64,000 bases of DNA from a virus (lineage: Duplodnaviria; Caudoviricetes), in IMG/VR virus record IMGVR_UViG_3300025944_000010, positions 3,069-67,068 of that record. The stretch is one strand, 5' to 3'. The notes under the pieces are model-generated. The model was not told where the DNA came from. It ran no database searches and worked only from the letters and a program-made list of their open reading frames with translations. Both the position numbers and the translations under genes were made by a program. Below, one piece after another: positions 36,080 to 45,655 of the stretch; position 1 is the first letter of the stretch, and the number at the start of each line of letters is the position of its first letter.

Positions 36080-37027
36080 ATGCCCACAGATTTAGTTCAC
36101 GTAGCAGACGAAGATGTATCGCTGCTGAGTTTGGCCGATAAACCTTCAACCGTTTTAGATCAAGCCAAGCTAGCGGCCAATACCATCATGTCGGTAATCA
36201 ATGCCAAGAAAAAACAGATTGTTTTCAATGGCGAAAAATACTTCGAGAATGACGATTGGGTACTCGTAGCAAAAATGTATGGGATTGTTCCCCGCATTGT
36301 GGGTGAGCCGGAGTATGTGGAGTTTGGTGAAGTCAAGGGATTCAAGGCAGTGTGTGAGGCTGTGCTTGTGGCTACGGATCAAGTAGTAGGACGCGCCTAT
36401 GCTATGTGTTTGAATGACGAAGAGAATTGGGGTGACCGTCCAAAGTACGAATGGCGCGATGTACTGGACGCGGAAGGAAAGAAGATTTGGGAAGAAAAGT
36501 TAATCAAGGGCAAGATGAAAAAACTTCCTAAGTCTGAAAAGGTACAAGTGGGAGTGGTCAAGGTGCCATTGTTTCAGTTGATGAGCATGGCCCAGACTCG
36601 CGCCAGTTCAAAAGTATTGAGCATGGTTCTGAAATTTGTTCCTGTACTCGCCGGATTCAAGCCGACTCCAGCGGAAGAAATACCAAACGATGGCAGCGAG
36701 TTTGCGCATGAGAACGAAAGAGAGTCCAATCATCCTACACGCGCCAAGCGCAAAAATAACCCCGATGAATCGCAGCCTGAAAAGCCCCATGACCCTGACT
36801 GTATTACCTCTGCTCAAGCTAGCGAGATGTGGCGATTAGCGAGAGGCAAGGGGAAACTTTCAGAGCAAGAGGTACGCGAGAGATTGGCCGAATTGAAAGG
36901 GAAAAACGGGAAGCCAGTAACTAGCGCACTGGATATGCTCAAAACAGACTACATCAAATTTATTTCGTCATTGCCAAACGTAACCGAATCGGATTACAGG
37001 CAAGAGGAGCCGGGAGCTAGCGGGTAA
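36080..37027 (+). CDS. Putative single-strand annealing / recombination protein
   Basis: GEKY...DW...KMYG, SMAQTRA.SK motif, TPAEE; near exonuclease. Confidence 0.55.
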   Translation: MPTDLVHVADEDVSLLSLADKPSTVLDQAKLAANTIMSVINAKKKQIVFNGEKYFENDDWVLVAKMYGIVPRIVGEPEYVEFGEVKGFKAVCEAVLVATDQVVGRAYAMCLNDEENWGDRPKYEWRDVLDAEGKKIWEEKLIKGKMKKLPKSEKVQVGVVKVPLFQLMSMAQTRASSKVLSMVLKFVPVLAGFKPTPAEEIPNDGSEFAHENERESNHPTRAKRKNNPDESQPEKPHDPDCITSAQASEMWRLARGKGKLSEQEVRERLAELKGKNGKPVTSALDMLKTDYIKFISSLPNVTESDYRQEEPGASG

Positions 37028-37380
37028 TGCGCAATCCAGAGCAAATCATGAAAGCACTTGAGCGCAAGGGGTATAAGGTAGAGCGCCTTACGTCCTATCA
37101 ATTTCGTTTGGAATGCGTTTTCGATCTATACGTCATTCGGTTTCGATGGCACAACATTGCAAACAACACTCGCGGTAGTTGGCATGGATTAAACGAGCAG
37201 CAGTTAACCAATTTGATAGATCAACAGGTAGCGATTGCCGATGGAATTTTAGATCGTGAAATAGCGGCAGGGAGAATTACAGAAGAGGGAGAACCTGTAG
37301 CAGTAGGGAAGCGTGATGTCGATAGTGCAATTTGGTGGACGAAAAATGGATTGGAAAAGTCTCGCGGTAAGACTAATTGA
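37027..37380 (+). CDS. Hypothetical protein
   Basis: Coupled ORF. Confidence 0.6.
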   Translation: MRNPEQIMKALERKGYKVERLTSYQFRLECVFDLYVIRFRWHNIANNTRGSWHGLNEQQLTNLIDQQVAIADGILDREIAAGRITEEGEPVAVGKRDVDSAIWWTKNGLEKSRGKTN

Positions 37381-37508
37381 AGGTATGAGGAAAATTGCAG
37401 TCATGGAAAATGTTTTCTATCACGCTATCTCTCCGCGTGGAACAATAATTTACTCACCCAATAGGCAACTGCTGGAAAGAATCATTGCTGCGTTAGTAGG
37501 TTAAATCT

Positions 37509-37703
37509 ATGACAATGACAGCCGAGCAGTTACAGAATGAGCTAGAAAGTATTCACAAGGCGATGGCTTCGTTTATCGCAAACGATATAAGTTTCTTCGG
37601 TGCAAAAATTCTATTGGTCAATCGCTTAAAGATAACAATGGGAGAGGCTGAAGATCGTCTCAGGATGTACGAAAGTATTACCAATAAGCAATTGGCGAGG
37701 TAG
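37509..37703 (+). CDS. Hypothetical protein
   Basis: ORF track; same strand as operon. Confidence 0.5.
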   Translation: MTMTAEQLQNELESIHKAMASFIANDISFFGAKILLVNRLKITMGEAEDRLRMYESITNKQLAR

Positions 37704-37706
37704 CCC

Positions 37707-37838
37707 ATGGCGTTCTACATCAGGCCAGAAAAGTTCTGTAACGACTGCGGGTATCCGATAGATCAATGCGAATGCCTGTATCCAGACAGCGAAGAAGTGG
37801 AATCGGAAGAAGAAGTGAGAGACGAGGATTACCTGTGA
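37707..37838 (+). CDS. Small Cys/acidic peptide
   Basis: MAFYIRPEKFCNDCG..CEC..EEVESEEE; GTGA overlap with next gene. Confidence 0.45.
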   Translation: MAFYIRPEKFCNDCGYPIDQCECLYPDSEEVESEEEVRDEDYL

Positions 37839-38479
37839 GAGAGACCGCTGAATATTATTTCGGAAATAAGTTTCCGATGACACGGGCAGAATTTAAATCT
37901 TGCTTCCGTGAGGCGGTACGCCGTTTGCGTCCTGATTTGGCAAACAACAAAGCAAATGATGAGGAATTTATTACTATCCGTAAACTCTATGAGGATATTA
38001 CAAAATCCTCCCCATCTTGGGCATTCACAGATGGCGTTACTTCGATAGAACTGCGGACAACCTCTGGCGAATTGCTATCTGATTTAGGGTTGGGCATCGG
38101 GCCATTGAAAAATGGAAAGGATTGCGGCCAGTGCGGAAAGAAAGGTTTTACCGAAGAACAAGAATTTGGATGGACGCGCTGCGTTAATTGTCATGGATCA
38201 GGGTATTCATATTCTCAGCCTTGCAGGAATTGTAAAAGCAAGGGGAATTATGACATCGTAACCCCTACTTCTCGCCGTACAGTCGAATGTAGAAGTTGTC
38301 ACGGTAAGGGTTCGTTCCCGACACGGAGAATAGAACTTTGCCAAGAATGCAGAGGTCTTGGCCAGAAAAAACTTGATAAGCCAAAAACTGTATACCATTT
38401 TTGTTATACATGTAATGGACTTGGCGAAGTAGAGATTTTTAATCCAGTAATCCCAAAAGGAAGGATAGTAAGTAAGTGA
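37835..38479 (+). CDS. DnaJ-like protein (degenerate J domain + CxxCxGxG repeats)
   Basis: FREAVRRLRPD...EEF..I...YE J-like helix pattern; six CxxCxGxG-type repeats. Confidence 0.65.
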   Translation: MRETAEYYFGNKFPMTRAEFKSCFREAVRRLRPDLANNKANDEEFITIRKLYEDITKSSPSWAFTDGVTSIELRTTSGELLSDLGLGIGPLKNGKDCGQCGKKGFTEEQEFGWTRCVNCHGSGYSYSQPCRNCKSKGNYDIVTPTSRRTVECRSCHGKGSFPTRRIELCQECRGLGQKKLDKPKTVYHFCYTCNGLGEVEIFNPVIPKGRIVSK

Positions 38480-39153
38480 CTCACTCCATCCAATTCCGCG
38501 ATACCGATGTCAACGGTAAGCCAGTACATGAGTACGAAGTCAATGGACTAAGGACTCCGTATGTAACAGGAGTTTTAAATGATCGTGGATTCTGTGATTA
38601 TGCGTCGTGTCCAGAAGATTTCATGGAAGCGGCAAGAGCGCGTGGGAATATTGGGCATGAAGTAACGCGCTGGTTCGATGAGGCGTTTTACGCAGAATTA
38701 CACGAAGGCGATGCGGAGTATTACACCGATAGATTTGAAGGTAATTTTCTTGAAGAGCCGTTGCATCCGTGGTCGCGTATTCAACTCAGAGCTTGGGTTG
38801 GTTTCAGGATTGATTTCGATTTCCGTCCAACGATAATTGAAAAGGCGATGGTCTGGAAAATAAACGGCATGACGATTTGTGGAACATTGGACAGGTTCGG
38901 GCCATCACGATTAGGCCCAATGGTAATTGATCTGAAATTTACTTCCAAGATTGAACGATCAGTAAAGTACCAGCTTGCGGCTTACGCGGCCAATCCTGAA
39001 TTGCACGTTAAGGGTAAAAGACCATTGCGATATGCAGCGCATTTTAAAGATGGAAAAGTTATCCCTGTACCGTTTACGCGAATGAAGGATGAGCAGATTT
39101 TCAGTGCAGCTCTGGCGATAACACATGACTTGTGGAATGGTGGTGGAAAATAG
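38476..39153 (+). CDS. PD-(D/E)XK exonuclease-like protein
   Basis: PYVTGVL, RG..GH, GTLDR...VIDLKF, QLAAYA motifs. Confidence 0.75.
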   Translation: MTHSIQFRDTDVNGKPVHEYEVNGLRTPYVTGVLNDRGFCDYASCPEDFMEAARARGNIGHEVTRWFDEAFYAELHEGDAEYYTDRFEGNFLEEPLHPWSRIQLRAWVGFRIDFDFRPTIIEKAMVWKINGMTICGTLDRFGPSRLGPMVIDLKFTSKIERSVKYQLAAYAANPELHVKGKRPLRYAAHFKDGKVIPVPFTRMKDEQIFSAALAITHDLWNGGGK

Positions 39154-39301
39154 TCTCACCGTAAGACTTTCCCCCGCATTCGGCCACCATTTAAACCTAT
39201 CGCCATTGGGCCGTAATTGACCGTACAGCGTCCTATAGGGCATATCTTGAGCCATCCTGTACCCCAAGATTCCGATGGTTTATAAGGGGAGACGATTTAT
39301 C

Positions 39302-39330
39302 TTGACAAAGGTTATCATAATAATTATATT
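39302..39330 (+). promoter_or_regulatory. sigma70 promoter with embedded operator
   Basis: TTGACA-17-TATATT; GTTATCATAATAAT at 39311-39324. Confidence 0.8.
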
Positions 39331-39366
39331 GAGTGTACGGTAATCAGCCGTAAGGGGAGATTAAAT

Positions 39367-39579
39367 ATGACAATCGAACAGATTAAAGCACTCAAGGCAG
39401 TAGCGGATGCAATCATTGAAACCGTACAAGGTGCAGGGCCAATGGGAGCACCAGGGGGGCATATTTACGCTGCTTTGATGGCGCAAGGATGCACGTTACA
39501 TCAGTACGAACAAATAATGTCAGGATTGGTACGCGCTGGAAAACTAAGAAAATCTGGCGAGTGCTATTTTGCTGTTTAA
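39367..39579 (+). CDS. Small winged-helix-like hypothetical protein
   Basis: SD AGGGGAG; behind promoter. Confidence 0.65.
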   Translation: MTIEQIKALKAVADAIIETVQGAGPMGAPGGHIYAALMAQGCTLHQYEQIMSGLVRAGKLRKSGECYFAV

Positions 39580-39617
39580 TTTCAAGAGCCGATAATCAAT
39601 CGGCAGAGGGAGAAACA

Positions 39618-39764
39618 ATGGCTTGGACTAAAGAAGATGACGAAATTGCTTATCAAATGAGTATTACTCACCCAATTTGTACTGTCTGTAAAGACAGCGG
39701 TTTCTATACCGATTTTACGGTTAACCCGCCAGAGCGCAAACCTTGTGAGAATTGCAATGTCTAG
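39618..39764 (+). CDS. Small Cys-rich protein
   Basis: CTVC...CENC; SD GAGGGAG. Confidence 0.55.
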   Translation: MAWTKEDDEIAYQMSITHPICTVCKDSGFYTDFTVNPPERKPCENCNV

Positions 39765-40458
39765 CAATCTAACCACTCCCAATTCCCCCAGCATCTTCAA
39801 GATGTCAGCGGAAAAAATTAAGCTGAGCGTTTCGGCTTACGGATCGAAGCTTACGAATGTTGAAGCGTATCAGGAAATATGCTCTGCAATTAAAAGCATG
39901 GCTTCATCCATCAAACGAGTGAAAGAGCATTACGATCCCAAGATTGCTGATGCGCGAGTGCCATGGGACAACCTGTGTCAAGAAAAGAAAGATGTGCTCG
40001 ATACGATTGCACAAGCTCAGACAATGGCCAATCGCCTGAAGTTTGATTACGAGGAAGATCAAGAACGTATTCGCAGGGCTGAAGAGTTGCGGCTTGAAGC
40101 AGTCGAAAACAAACGTATTCAGGATGAAGCAAAACAGCTTGCGGAAGATTTAAAGGCGCAAGGTGACAAGGCGGGAGCGCGTGAGGTATTGGCAGAGGCG
40201 AAGGTAACGACTGCTGTAATCACAGTGCCAAGCTCTGTTCCTAAATCTGCCGGGATGTACACAAAAAAGCCGACATGGGAATATGAAATCATTGATCCTG
40301 CCAAGGTAAACGAATCCTACTTACATAAAGTTCCGAACGAAGAAAAAATTGCGGAAATGGTTAAGCGTTTGGGAATGGGAGCCGAGCAGTTAATCGGCAA
40401 GGGTTCAATCAAGATCACGCGGAAGATACCAAATACAGTAGTACGCGGAGCGAAGTGA
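39757..40458 (+). CDS. Coiled-coil protein (Gp157/Gam-like recombination-module protein)
   Basis: Long coiled coil and TWEYEIIDPAKV...Y....NEEKI motif. Confidence 0.55.
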   Translation: MSSNLTTPNSPSIFKMSAEKIKLSVSAYGSKLTNVEAYQEICSAIKSMASSIKRVKEHYDPKIADARVPWDNLCQEKKDVLDTIAQAQTMANRLKFDYEEDQERIRRAEELRLEAVENKRIQDEAKQLAEDLKAQGDKAGAREVLAEAKVTTAVITVPSSVPKSAGMYTKKPTWEYEIIDPAKVNESYLHKVPNEEKIAEMVKRLGMGAEQLIGKGSIKITRKIPNTVVRGAK

Positions 40459-40649
40459 TGTTCAAAATAAAAGAATTGATAGCGCGATTGTTCTTTCGTT
40501 ACCGCCGTCTCTGGACTGTAGTTTATCCAGACGGAAAACAGAGGTCATGCTGTTGTCTTTCTGTGGCGAACGATTACAGGGAACTCTATGGCGGGGAAGT
40601 GAAATTTCTCGGTAAGTTATCCAGCACAAGAAAGGATCATTTTGCCTAA
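40455..40649 (+). CDS. Hypothetical protein
   Basis: Coupled ORF. Confidence 0.5.
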   Translation: MMFKIKELIARLFFRYRRLWTVVYPDGKQRSCCCLSVANDYRELYGGEVKFLGKLSSTRKDHFA

Positions 40650-40846
40650 TGCCATGGCCTAAAGACATCATCGCCAAGTATCCACGCCTTACGGACAATT
40701 CCGAAAACGCTGTATCCATTCGTGCTCTAGCTTGCAAAGCGTACAAGAATTACATGCCGGAACACGATTGGGATGAAGTTAATCCCATGGTACGAGATCA
40801 CTGGTGCGCTGTGACTGCTGCATTACTTGCGGTCATGGGTAAATAA
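40649..40846 (+). CDS. Hypothetical protein
   Basis: Coupled ORF ending before palindrome 40850. Confidence 0.55.
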   Translation: MPWPKDIIAKYPRLTDNSENAVSIRALACKAYKNYMPEHDWDEVNPMVRDHWCAVTAALLAVMGK

Positions 40847-40867
40847 AAAGTCTTACGGTGAGACAAA

Positions 40868-41047
40868 ATGGGCGAGTACATCCCTTACATTGACGAAGAT
40901 ACTTACCGAGCATATTCATTCAGCCGAATGCTGCACCCTTTGATTGATTTCATGCACTGGAAAACGGTTTACGGGCGCGAAGTGGAAGCTATGGAAGAAA
41001 GATTTATGCGAGAGTTTATTCAGCATCTTGTGAAAATCAGTTATTAA
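40868..41047 (+). CDS. 59-aa hypothetical protein bracketed by palindromes
   Basis: MGEYIPYIDEDTY...; lies between sites 40850 and 41051. Confidence 0.5.
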   Translation: MGEYIPYIDEDTYRAYSFSRMLHPLIDFMHWKTVYGREVEAMEERFMREFIQHLVKISY

Positions 41048-41120
41048 ATAGTCTCACAGTAAGACTATTGACAATGGCCTAAGCTGTTAAAAATTTTCGC
41101 CAAAATAACCCCTGTAACTA

Positions 41121-41148
41121 TTGACAGTAGCCAAGGTTTTGCTAGAAT
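41121..41148 (+). promoter_or_regulatory. Promoter for the replication operon
   Basis: TTGACA-16-TAGAAT with extended TG; a similar CTATTGACA...GCC.A.G segment is duplicated at 41066. Confidence 0.65.
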
Positions 41149-41399
41149 CTTTTCAGGCCACCACAAGCCTAGCAGGGTTTCTACGGGCCGGAGCGGTCAC
41201 TCCGGCTCAACCCCCTTTGACCGAAGGGAACTTAAATGGAATCACAATCCGACGCACGTTCCATTGTTGAAAGAATCCAGCTTGGCCCTCCCCTGTAAAT
41301 TTCCCAAACCTACTGTACGTGCTGTAAGACTTTAACTTTTTTGTTTTCAAGATAAGGACAAGGAACTGCTATGACAGAAGTCTCCAATGGTGGTGCTTT

Positions 41400-42272
41400 A
41401 TGAGCACCGAAGTTCAGGCGTTAGTATGGAAATTTTCACCACACAAAGGAAGCACATTGATCGTGTTTTTAGCTCTCGCAGATTGGTCGGATGATTACGG
41501 AAAATCTTGGCCTAGCGTGTCTAAGTTAGCAACAAAGACAAGGCAGAGCGAACGCAACACTCAGTACTGTATCAGGGAGCTAGAACAAGATGGATACTTG
41601 ACGGTGCTCAAGAGAAAGGAAACCTCTAGCCAGTACATCATTAACCTATCCAAGTTAGAGGGGGGTGCAAAGATTGCACCCGTACCTGACGAAGGGGTGC
41701 AAAATGAAACAGGGGGGGTGCAAAATAGCGCAGAAAATTTACGCTCGGTTGCACCCAATACGTTAGTTATACGTCAGAAAGAGCATACGTTAATAACCCA
41801 ACCATCCAAAGACGGGTTTTCTTTAATAGCAGAAGAACCCTTAGATCATAAAAAGAAACTATCAAAAAAAGAGATTCAGGAATTTGCACTGGCTTTCAAT
41901 CCGCCTGAAAGAATCCCAAGAGGGCCATGGGACGCATGGATTGAAATGCGAATAGAAAAAAACAATTGTCCTACTCCGAGAGCTATACATATGGCAATCG
42001 CTGAAATGGATAGGCTTGTAAGAGAGGGAAGCGATTACGCGGCTATCCTGAATAAATCTACAATCGCCGGATATCCCGGCCTGTACGCGGCAACAAACGG
42101 TAAGCCAAATGGCAACGGCAACGGTTTCCACAATGGCCAGCAATCGCGTACAAATGGCTCAGGAGCGACCGGACACCTGTTAGACCACTTACCGGATGCG
42201 GATGAAATTGCAAGGCGCAGGAAGGCCGATGATGCGAGATTAGAGGCAAGAAGAAATGCGAGGGGAATGTGA
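41400..42272 (+). CDS. Replication initiator (N-terminal wHTH)
   Basis: LIVFLALADW.DD.G.SWPS...LA.KT..S.R..Q..I..LE..G motif; internal iterons; DnaB downstream. Confidence 0.8.
   Translation: MSTEVQALVWKFSPHKGSTLIVFLALADWSDDYGKSWPSVSKLATKTRQSERNTQYCIRELEQDGYLTVLKRKETSSQYIINLSKLEGGAKIAPVPDEGVQNETGGVQNSAENLRSVAPNTLVIRQKEHTLITQPSKDGFSLIAEEPLDHKKKLSKKEIQEFALAFNPPERIPRGPWDAWIEMRIEKNNCPTPRAIHMAIAEMDRLVREGSDYAAILNKSTIAGYPGLYAATNGKPNGNGNGFHNGQQSRTNGSGATGHLLDHLPDADEIARRRKADDARLEARRNARGM
41662..41756. repeat. Iteron-like repeats inside the initiator gene (probable origin)
   Basis: GGGGTGCAAA at 41662, 41694, 41715; inverted TTGCACCC at 41674 and 41749. Confidence 0.7.
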
Positions 42273-42481
42273 CACTAGAGCAACTGGAAAAGTTTTGCGG
42301 TAGTTATGGTTTTTTAACAAAACCGTTCGCGGTTGATAAATGGCGAGTAGCTTCAGACGGCCATATCTTAATCGCTGAAAATGGAATCAGTCCAATAAAA
42401 CTCCCAGAGTTAGAGCACGGCAGAAACAGGGAAACAATTATTGATTTAATTTCAGTAAAGATTGCCGATGCGCGATATTAA
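42269..42481 (+). CDS. Hypothetical protein
   Basis: GTGA overlap with the initiator gene. Confidence 0.55.
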   Translation: MTLEQLEKFCGSYGFLTKPFAVDKWRVASDGHILIAENGISPIKLPELEHGRNRETIIDLISVKIADARY

Positions 42482-42511
42482 ACGGAGCACTGCATTGGAT
42501 TTCTAGGTGAC

Positions 42512-42748
42512 ATGAAAGAAATAAACTATGAAATTCCAATGAAATTTAACGGCTATAGGGTAGACAGGCCGAAGCTCTGGAAAATTATGTCGATAGCCGA
42601 TGAATCTTACAGGTTCACGGTAATAGAAGTGGAATACGGGGCACGCTTTACGTTTCAATGGGGCAAGGTAATTGCTGTGCTTATGGGCTTACGCAACCCT
42701 TCCACGGATGATCCAAGATACGAGCCAAAATTAATTCAGCCCAAATGA
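42512..42748 (+). CDS. Hypothetical protein
   Basis: ORF track. Confidence 0.5.
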   Translation: MKEINYEIPMKFNGYRVDRPKLWKIMSIADESYRFTVIEVEYGARFTFQWGKVIAVLMGLRNPSTDDPRYEPKLIQPK

Positions 42749-42778
42749 AAATTAAACTTTCATATTCACTGGAGCTAC

Positions 42779-42997
42779 ATGCCTGAATTTCCAAAAACCG
42801 CCGAAGGACTTTACGCTGCTGGCTATCGCTTCAAAAATAACAGCTATTGCAATAGCGTAAAATGTGCGGCACAAATTCAATGGTGGACAACGCCAGCGGG
42901 TAAAACTATTCCACTGAACCACACGACACTAGAGCCTCATTGGGCCACTTGCAAAAGAGTTGAATTTTTTAAAAAGTCTTACAGTAAGACAAGATGA
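42779..42997 (+). CDS. Hypothetical Cys/His protein
   Basis: C....C...I.W..T..GK.IPL......PHWATC motif. Confidence 0.65.
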   Translation: MPEFPKTAEGLYAAGYRFKNNSYCNSVKCAAQIQWWTTPAGKTIPLNHTTLEPHWATCKRVEFFKKSYSKTR

Positions 42998-43008
42998 AAG
43001 GAATGTAA

Positions 43009-43794
43009 ATGCAACCTACAGAACCAAGAGCCTATTTAATTGCTGCCACCAAGCTTCGCAGACGTGAGGTTATTCAGTGGCTACAAAGTATCGGTGGGGC
43101 AAAATGCCTAAACACAATCACAGGCGATGACGCGGAACAGATTATAGAGCTTGGGGCAAGACGCTGCTATAAATCTTTTGATGTCGGATTGAATCCGAAT
43201 ATCACAAAAGTAAGAACGGACAGCGCGGAGTATCATGCGAACATCGCAAAGCAGCGCCATGGTTCTGTACTCGCACACGCAACGGCAACATTCGCATTCG
43301 AGGGAATCAGTCGCGTATTCACGCATGAGTTAGTGCGCAACTCAATCGGCAACGCATTTTCCCAAGAGTCGCTTCGTTACGTTCGTTTGGAAGATATTTC
43401 ATTCTGGATTCCACCAGAGATTGCCGAAAGCGAAGAAGCAGCCGCTAAGTTTTGCGAAGTAGTTAAGTATTTGGAAGATGCGCAGAAATGGCTAGCGGAT
43501 CATTTCAAGATTGCGGAGATGTCCAATTTCGAGAAAAAGAAAAAGCTAACCTCATGCTTCCGTAGGATTGCCCCTCTCGGTCTAGCCACTGGAATAGTTA
43601 CAACCTTCAACATGCGCAGTCTCAGATGGATCATTGAGCAGCGTACAAGCCGTCACGCCGAAACTGAAATTCGTATCGCATTCAATCACGTAGCAGATAT
43701 CGCAATGGCCGAATGGCCGTATCTATTTCAGGACTTCAAAAAAGCAGAAGTGGAAGGAATTGGCGAATGGCAACCAGATCACTCAAAAATATAG
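43009..43794 (+). CDS. thyX: FAD-dependent thymidylate synthase
   Basis: H.SVL.H...TF...GISR.FTHELVR...FSQES.RY, T.N.RSLR..I..R.S..A..EIR. Confidence 0.92.
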   Translation: MQPTEPRAYLIAATKLRRREVIQWLQSIGGAKCLNTITGDDAEQIIELGARRCYKSFDVGLNPNITKVRTDSAEYHANIAKQRHGSVLAHATATFAFEGISRVFTHELVRNSIGNAFSQESLRYVRLEDISFWIPPEIAESEEAAAKFCEVVKYLEDAQKWLADHFKIAEMSNFEKKKKLTSCFRRIAPLGLATGIVTTFNMRSLRWIIEQRTSRHAETEIRIAFNHVADIAMAEWPYLFQDFKKAEVEGIGEWQPDHSKI

Positions 43795-44018
43795 AGCGTG
43801 TAAATCATCCTTCGCACTATGGCGGGGACGTTCTGCATGAAACAGTGAAATGCCTTGAAGCATGGGGACTAGAAAACGATGCGCTGCTATGGAATGCGGT
43901 CAAGTACATTTCAAGGGCTGGAAAGAAAGGCGCGAAGTTAGAAGATTTACAGAAAGCAGCGTGGTATTTAAATCGCCGGATTCAATCACTTCAAAAAGTC
44001 TCACCGTCAGACAAATGA
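43767..44018 (+). CDS. DUF3310 (SaV-like) protein
   Basis: VNHPSHY, NAVKYISRAGKKG..LEDL.KA.WYL.R.I. Confidence 0.88.
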   Translation: MATRSLKNIERVNHPSHYGGDVLHETVKCLEAWGLENDALLWNAVKYISRAGKKGAKLEDLQKAAWYLNRRIQSLQKVSPSDK

Positions 44019-45382
44019 AGAACGGAACTAAGCCAGCTCCATCAAAATCCGATTACGAACTAGGGCCGGAAGTTCCGAATAGCCTAGATGCCGAACGCGC
44101 CTTATTAGGTGCAGTTCTGTTGGACAATTCATCTTACCCACAAGCGGAATTGCTATTGCCGGAAGATTTCTACCTTACTTCCCATAAAATTATTTTTGCC
44201 AGAATGGTAGAGCTAGCCAAAGAAGGCAAGCCGATAGACTTCGTGACGCTCACGGAATGCTTGGGGATGCACAAGCAAGTGCCAACAGTCGGGGGTGTGG
44301 CCTATGTAACTTCACTCACAGATGGACTACCGAGAGTCAAGAATATAGAACAATACGTAAAAATCGTGAAGGACAAAGCCTCACTCCGAAGGCTGATAGA
44401 AATTTCCAATACTGCAATTCAAGAAGCCTATGAACAATCACGCCCAGCGGAAGAGATAATCAGGAAAGCCGATAGAAGTATTTGTGAGATACAGGGGCAA
44501 GGACAAATCGGGCCACGTCATGCCGCCGTGATTGTTGACGAAGTAAAACAGGAATTCGCCAGAGTCAGGGCAATAGATCGAAGCATTACCGCGATAGGAT
44601 TGCCAACTGGATTAGCTGGACTTGATAAAGAAATACTTGGCTACCACAAAGGCGAGATGGTTTTAATTGCCGGAGAAACGTCATCGGGCAAGAGTACGCT
44701 CATGCGTCAAGCTGTACTGAGTAACGTATCGGCAAATATTCCAACACTGGTTTATACGTATGAGGTTCGCGGGAGATCGTTTCTCACAAATTTGATGAGT
44801 CCGGTATCGAGTATTAGCGGAATAAAACTTAGGGACTTCCGTGAGTTGGACGAACAGCCGCACATCTTAGGCAGAAAATCAGAAGTAGAAATATTCTTTT
44901 CGCATCTATCGCAAGTAAGTAACTGGCCATTGTGGATTGAGGACAACGCAAAAAACAATCACATAGATTACATTTGCTCATCGGCCCGAATGATGATTCG
45001 CAAACACGGTATTCAAAGCATCTGGCTAGATCAGGCCAGTCTGGCGGAAGGAGATGGCGACACAGAGACGCAAAAATTTGAGGACATTTCAAAAGGCATG
45101 GTAGGGCTAGCAATTTCTGAAGGTGTACAGGTAGGAGTTTTGTCGCAACTAACGCGAGACAAGGAACGCCAGTCTTTAAAACGTGCTCCACGAAAGGGCG
45201 ATGTTAAGTGGGCAGGAAGGCTGGAAGAGGATGCTTCCACCGAATTATTTGTCTGGATAGACGAAAACGGGCAACGTTGGATCATAAACGCAAAACAGAG
45301 AAACGGGGCAATCGGGAAAATTCCAGTAACGCTTGATACCGCACTGCTCTGGTTTGAGGATGGATACAATGAGAGAACATGA
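44015..45382 (+). CDS. dnaB: Replicative DNA helicase
   Basis: PNSLDAERALLGAVL, DFY...H..IF, Walker A GETSSGKST, LSQL.R, G.LEEDA, I.AKQRNG.IG. Confidence 0.92.
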   Translation: MKNGTKPAPSKSDYELGPEVPNSLDAERALLGAVLLDNSSYPQAELLLPEDFYLTSHKIIFARMVELAKEGKPIDFVTLTECLGMHKQVPTVGGVAYVTSLTDGLPRVKNIEQYVKIVKDKASLRRLIEISNTAIQEAYEQSRPAEEIIRKADRSICEIQGQGQIGPRHAAVIVDEVKQEFARVRAIDRSITAIGLPTGLAGLDKEILGYHKGEMVLIAGETSSGKSTLMRQAVLSNVSANIPTLVYTYEVRGRSFLTNLMSPVSSISGIKLRDFRELDEQPHILGRKSEVEIFFSHLSQVSNWPLWIEDNAKNNHIDYICSSARMMIRKHGIQSIWLDQASLAEGDGDTETQKFEDISKGMVGLAISEGVQVGVLSQLTRDKERQSLKRAPRKGDVKWAGRLEEDASTELFVWIDENGQRWIINAKQRNGAIGKIPVTLDTALLWFEDGYNERT

Positions 45383-45557
45383 AAGAATAAGATTTGAATT
45401 AGGGCTGTGCATTCGATGCGAGAAGCCGCGTGAAAGCTGCCGTAAAAATAAGCAGACATGCCGCGAGTGCGGGAGAAATAAATCAAACCAAGTGCTCATG
45501 AATTATCACGGCATGAAACCGCAAAAGGCTAATATCTTAATCAATGTTGGCGGTTAA
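45369..45557 (+). CDS. Small Cys-rich protein
   Basis: GLCIRC...CREC. Confidence 0.55.
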   Translation: MREHERIRFELGLCIRCEKPRESCRKNKQTCRECGRNKSNQVLMNYHGMKPQKANILINVGG

Positions 45558-45655
45558 CAAAATACTATTGACATATCCCATTCCAGAATGATAACGTGCA
45601 AGATGTGAATTAAAAAAAGTCTTACCGTAAGACTAAAAGGAAAGGGAGTGAGGTT

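Noticed and set aside
39170-39300. tRNA or other RNA gene in the larger intergenic gaps
   Set aside because: No cloverleaf with T-loop GTTCRA and D-loop seen by eye here or in other gaps; tRNAscan was not run.
41316-41330. Half-sites of the palindrome (also 3343, 12070, 34081, 57488)
   Set aside because: Only one arm matches; chance level for a 7-mer, so not counted.
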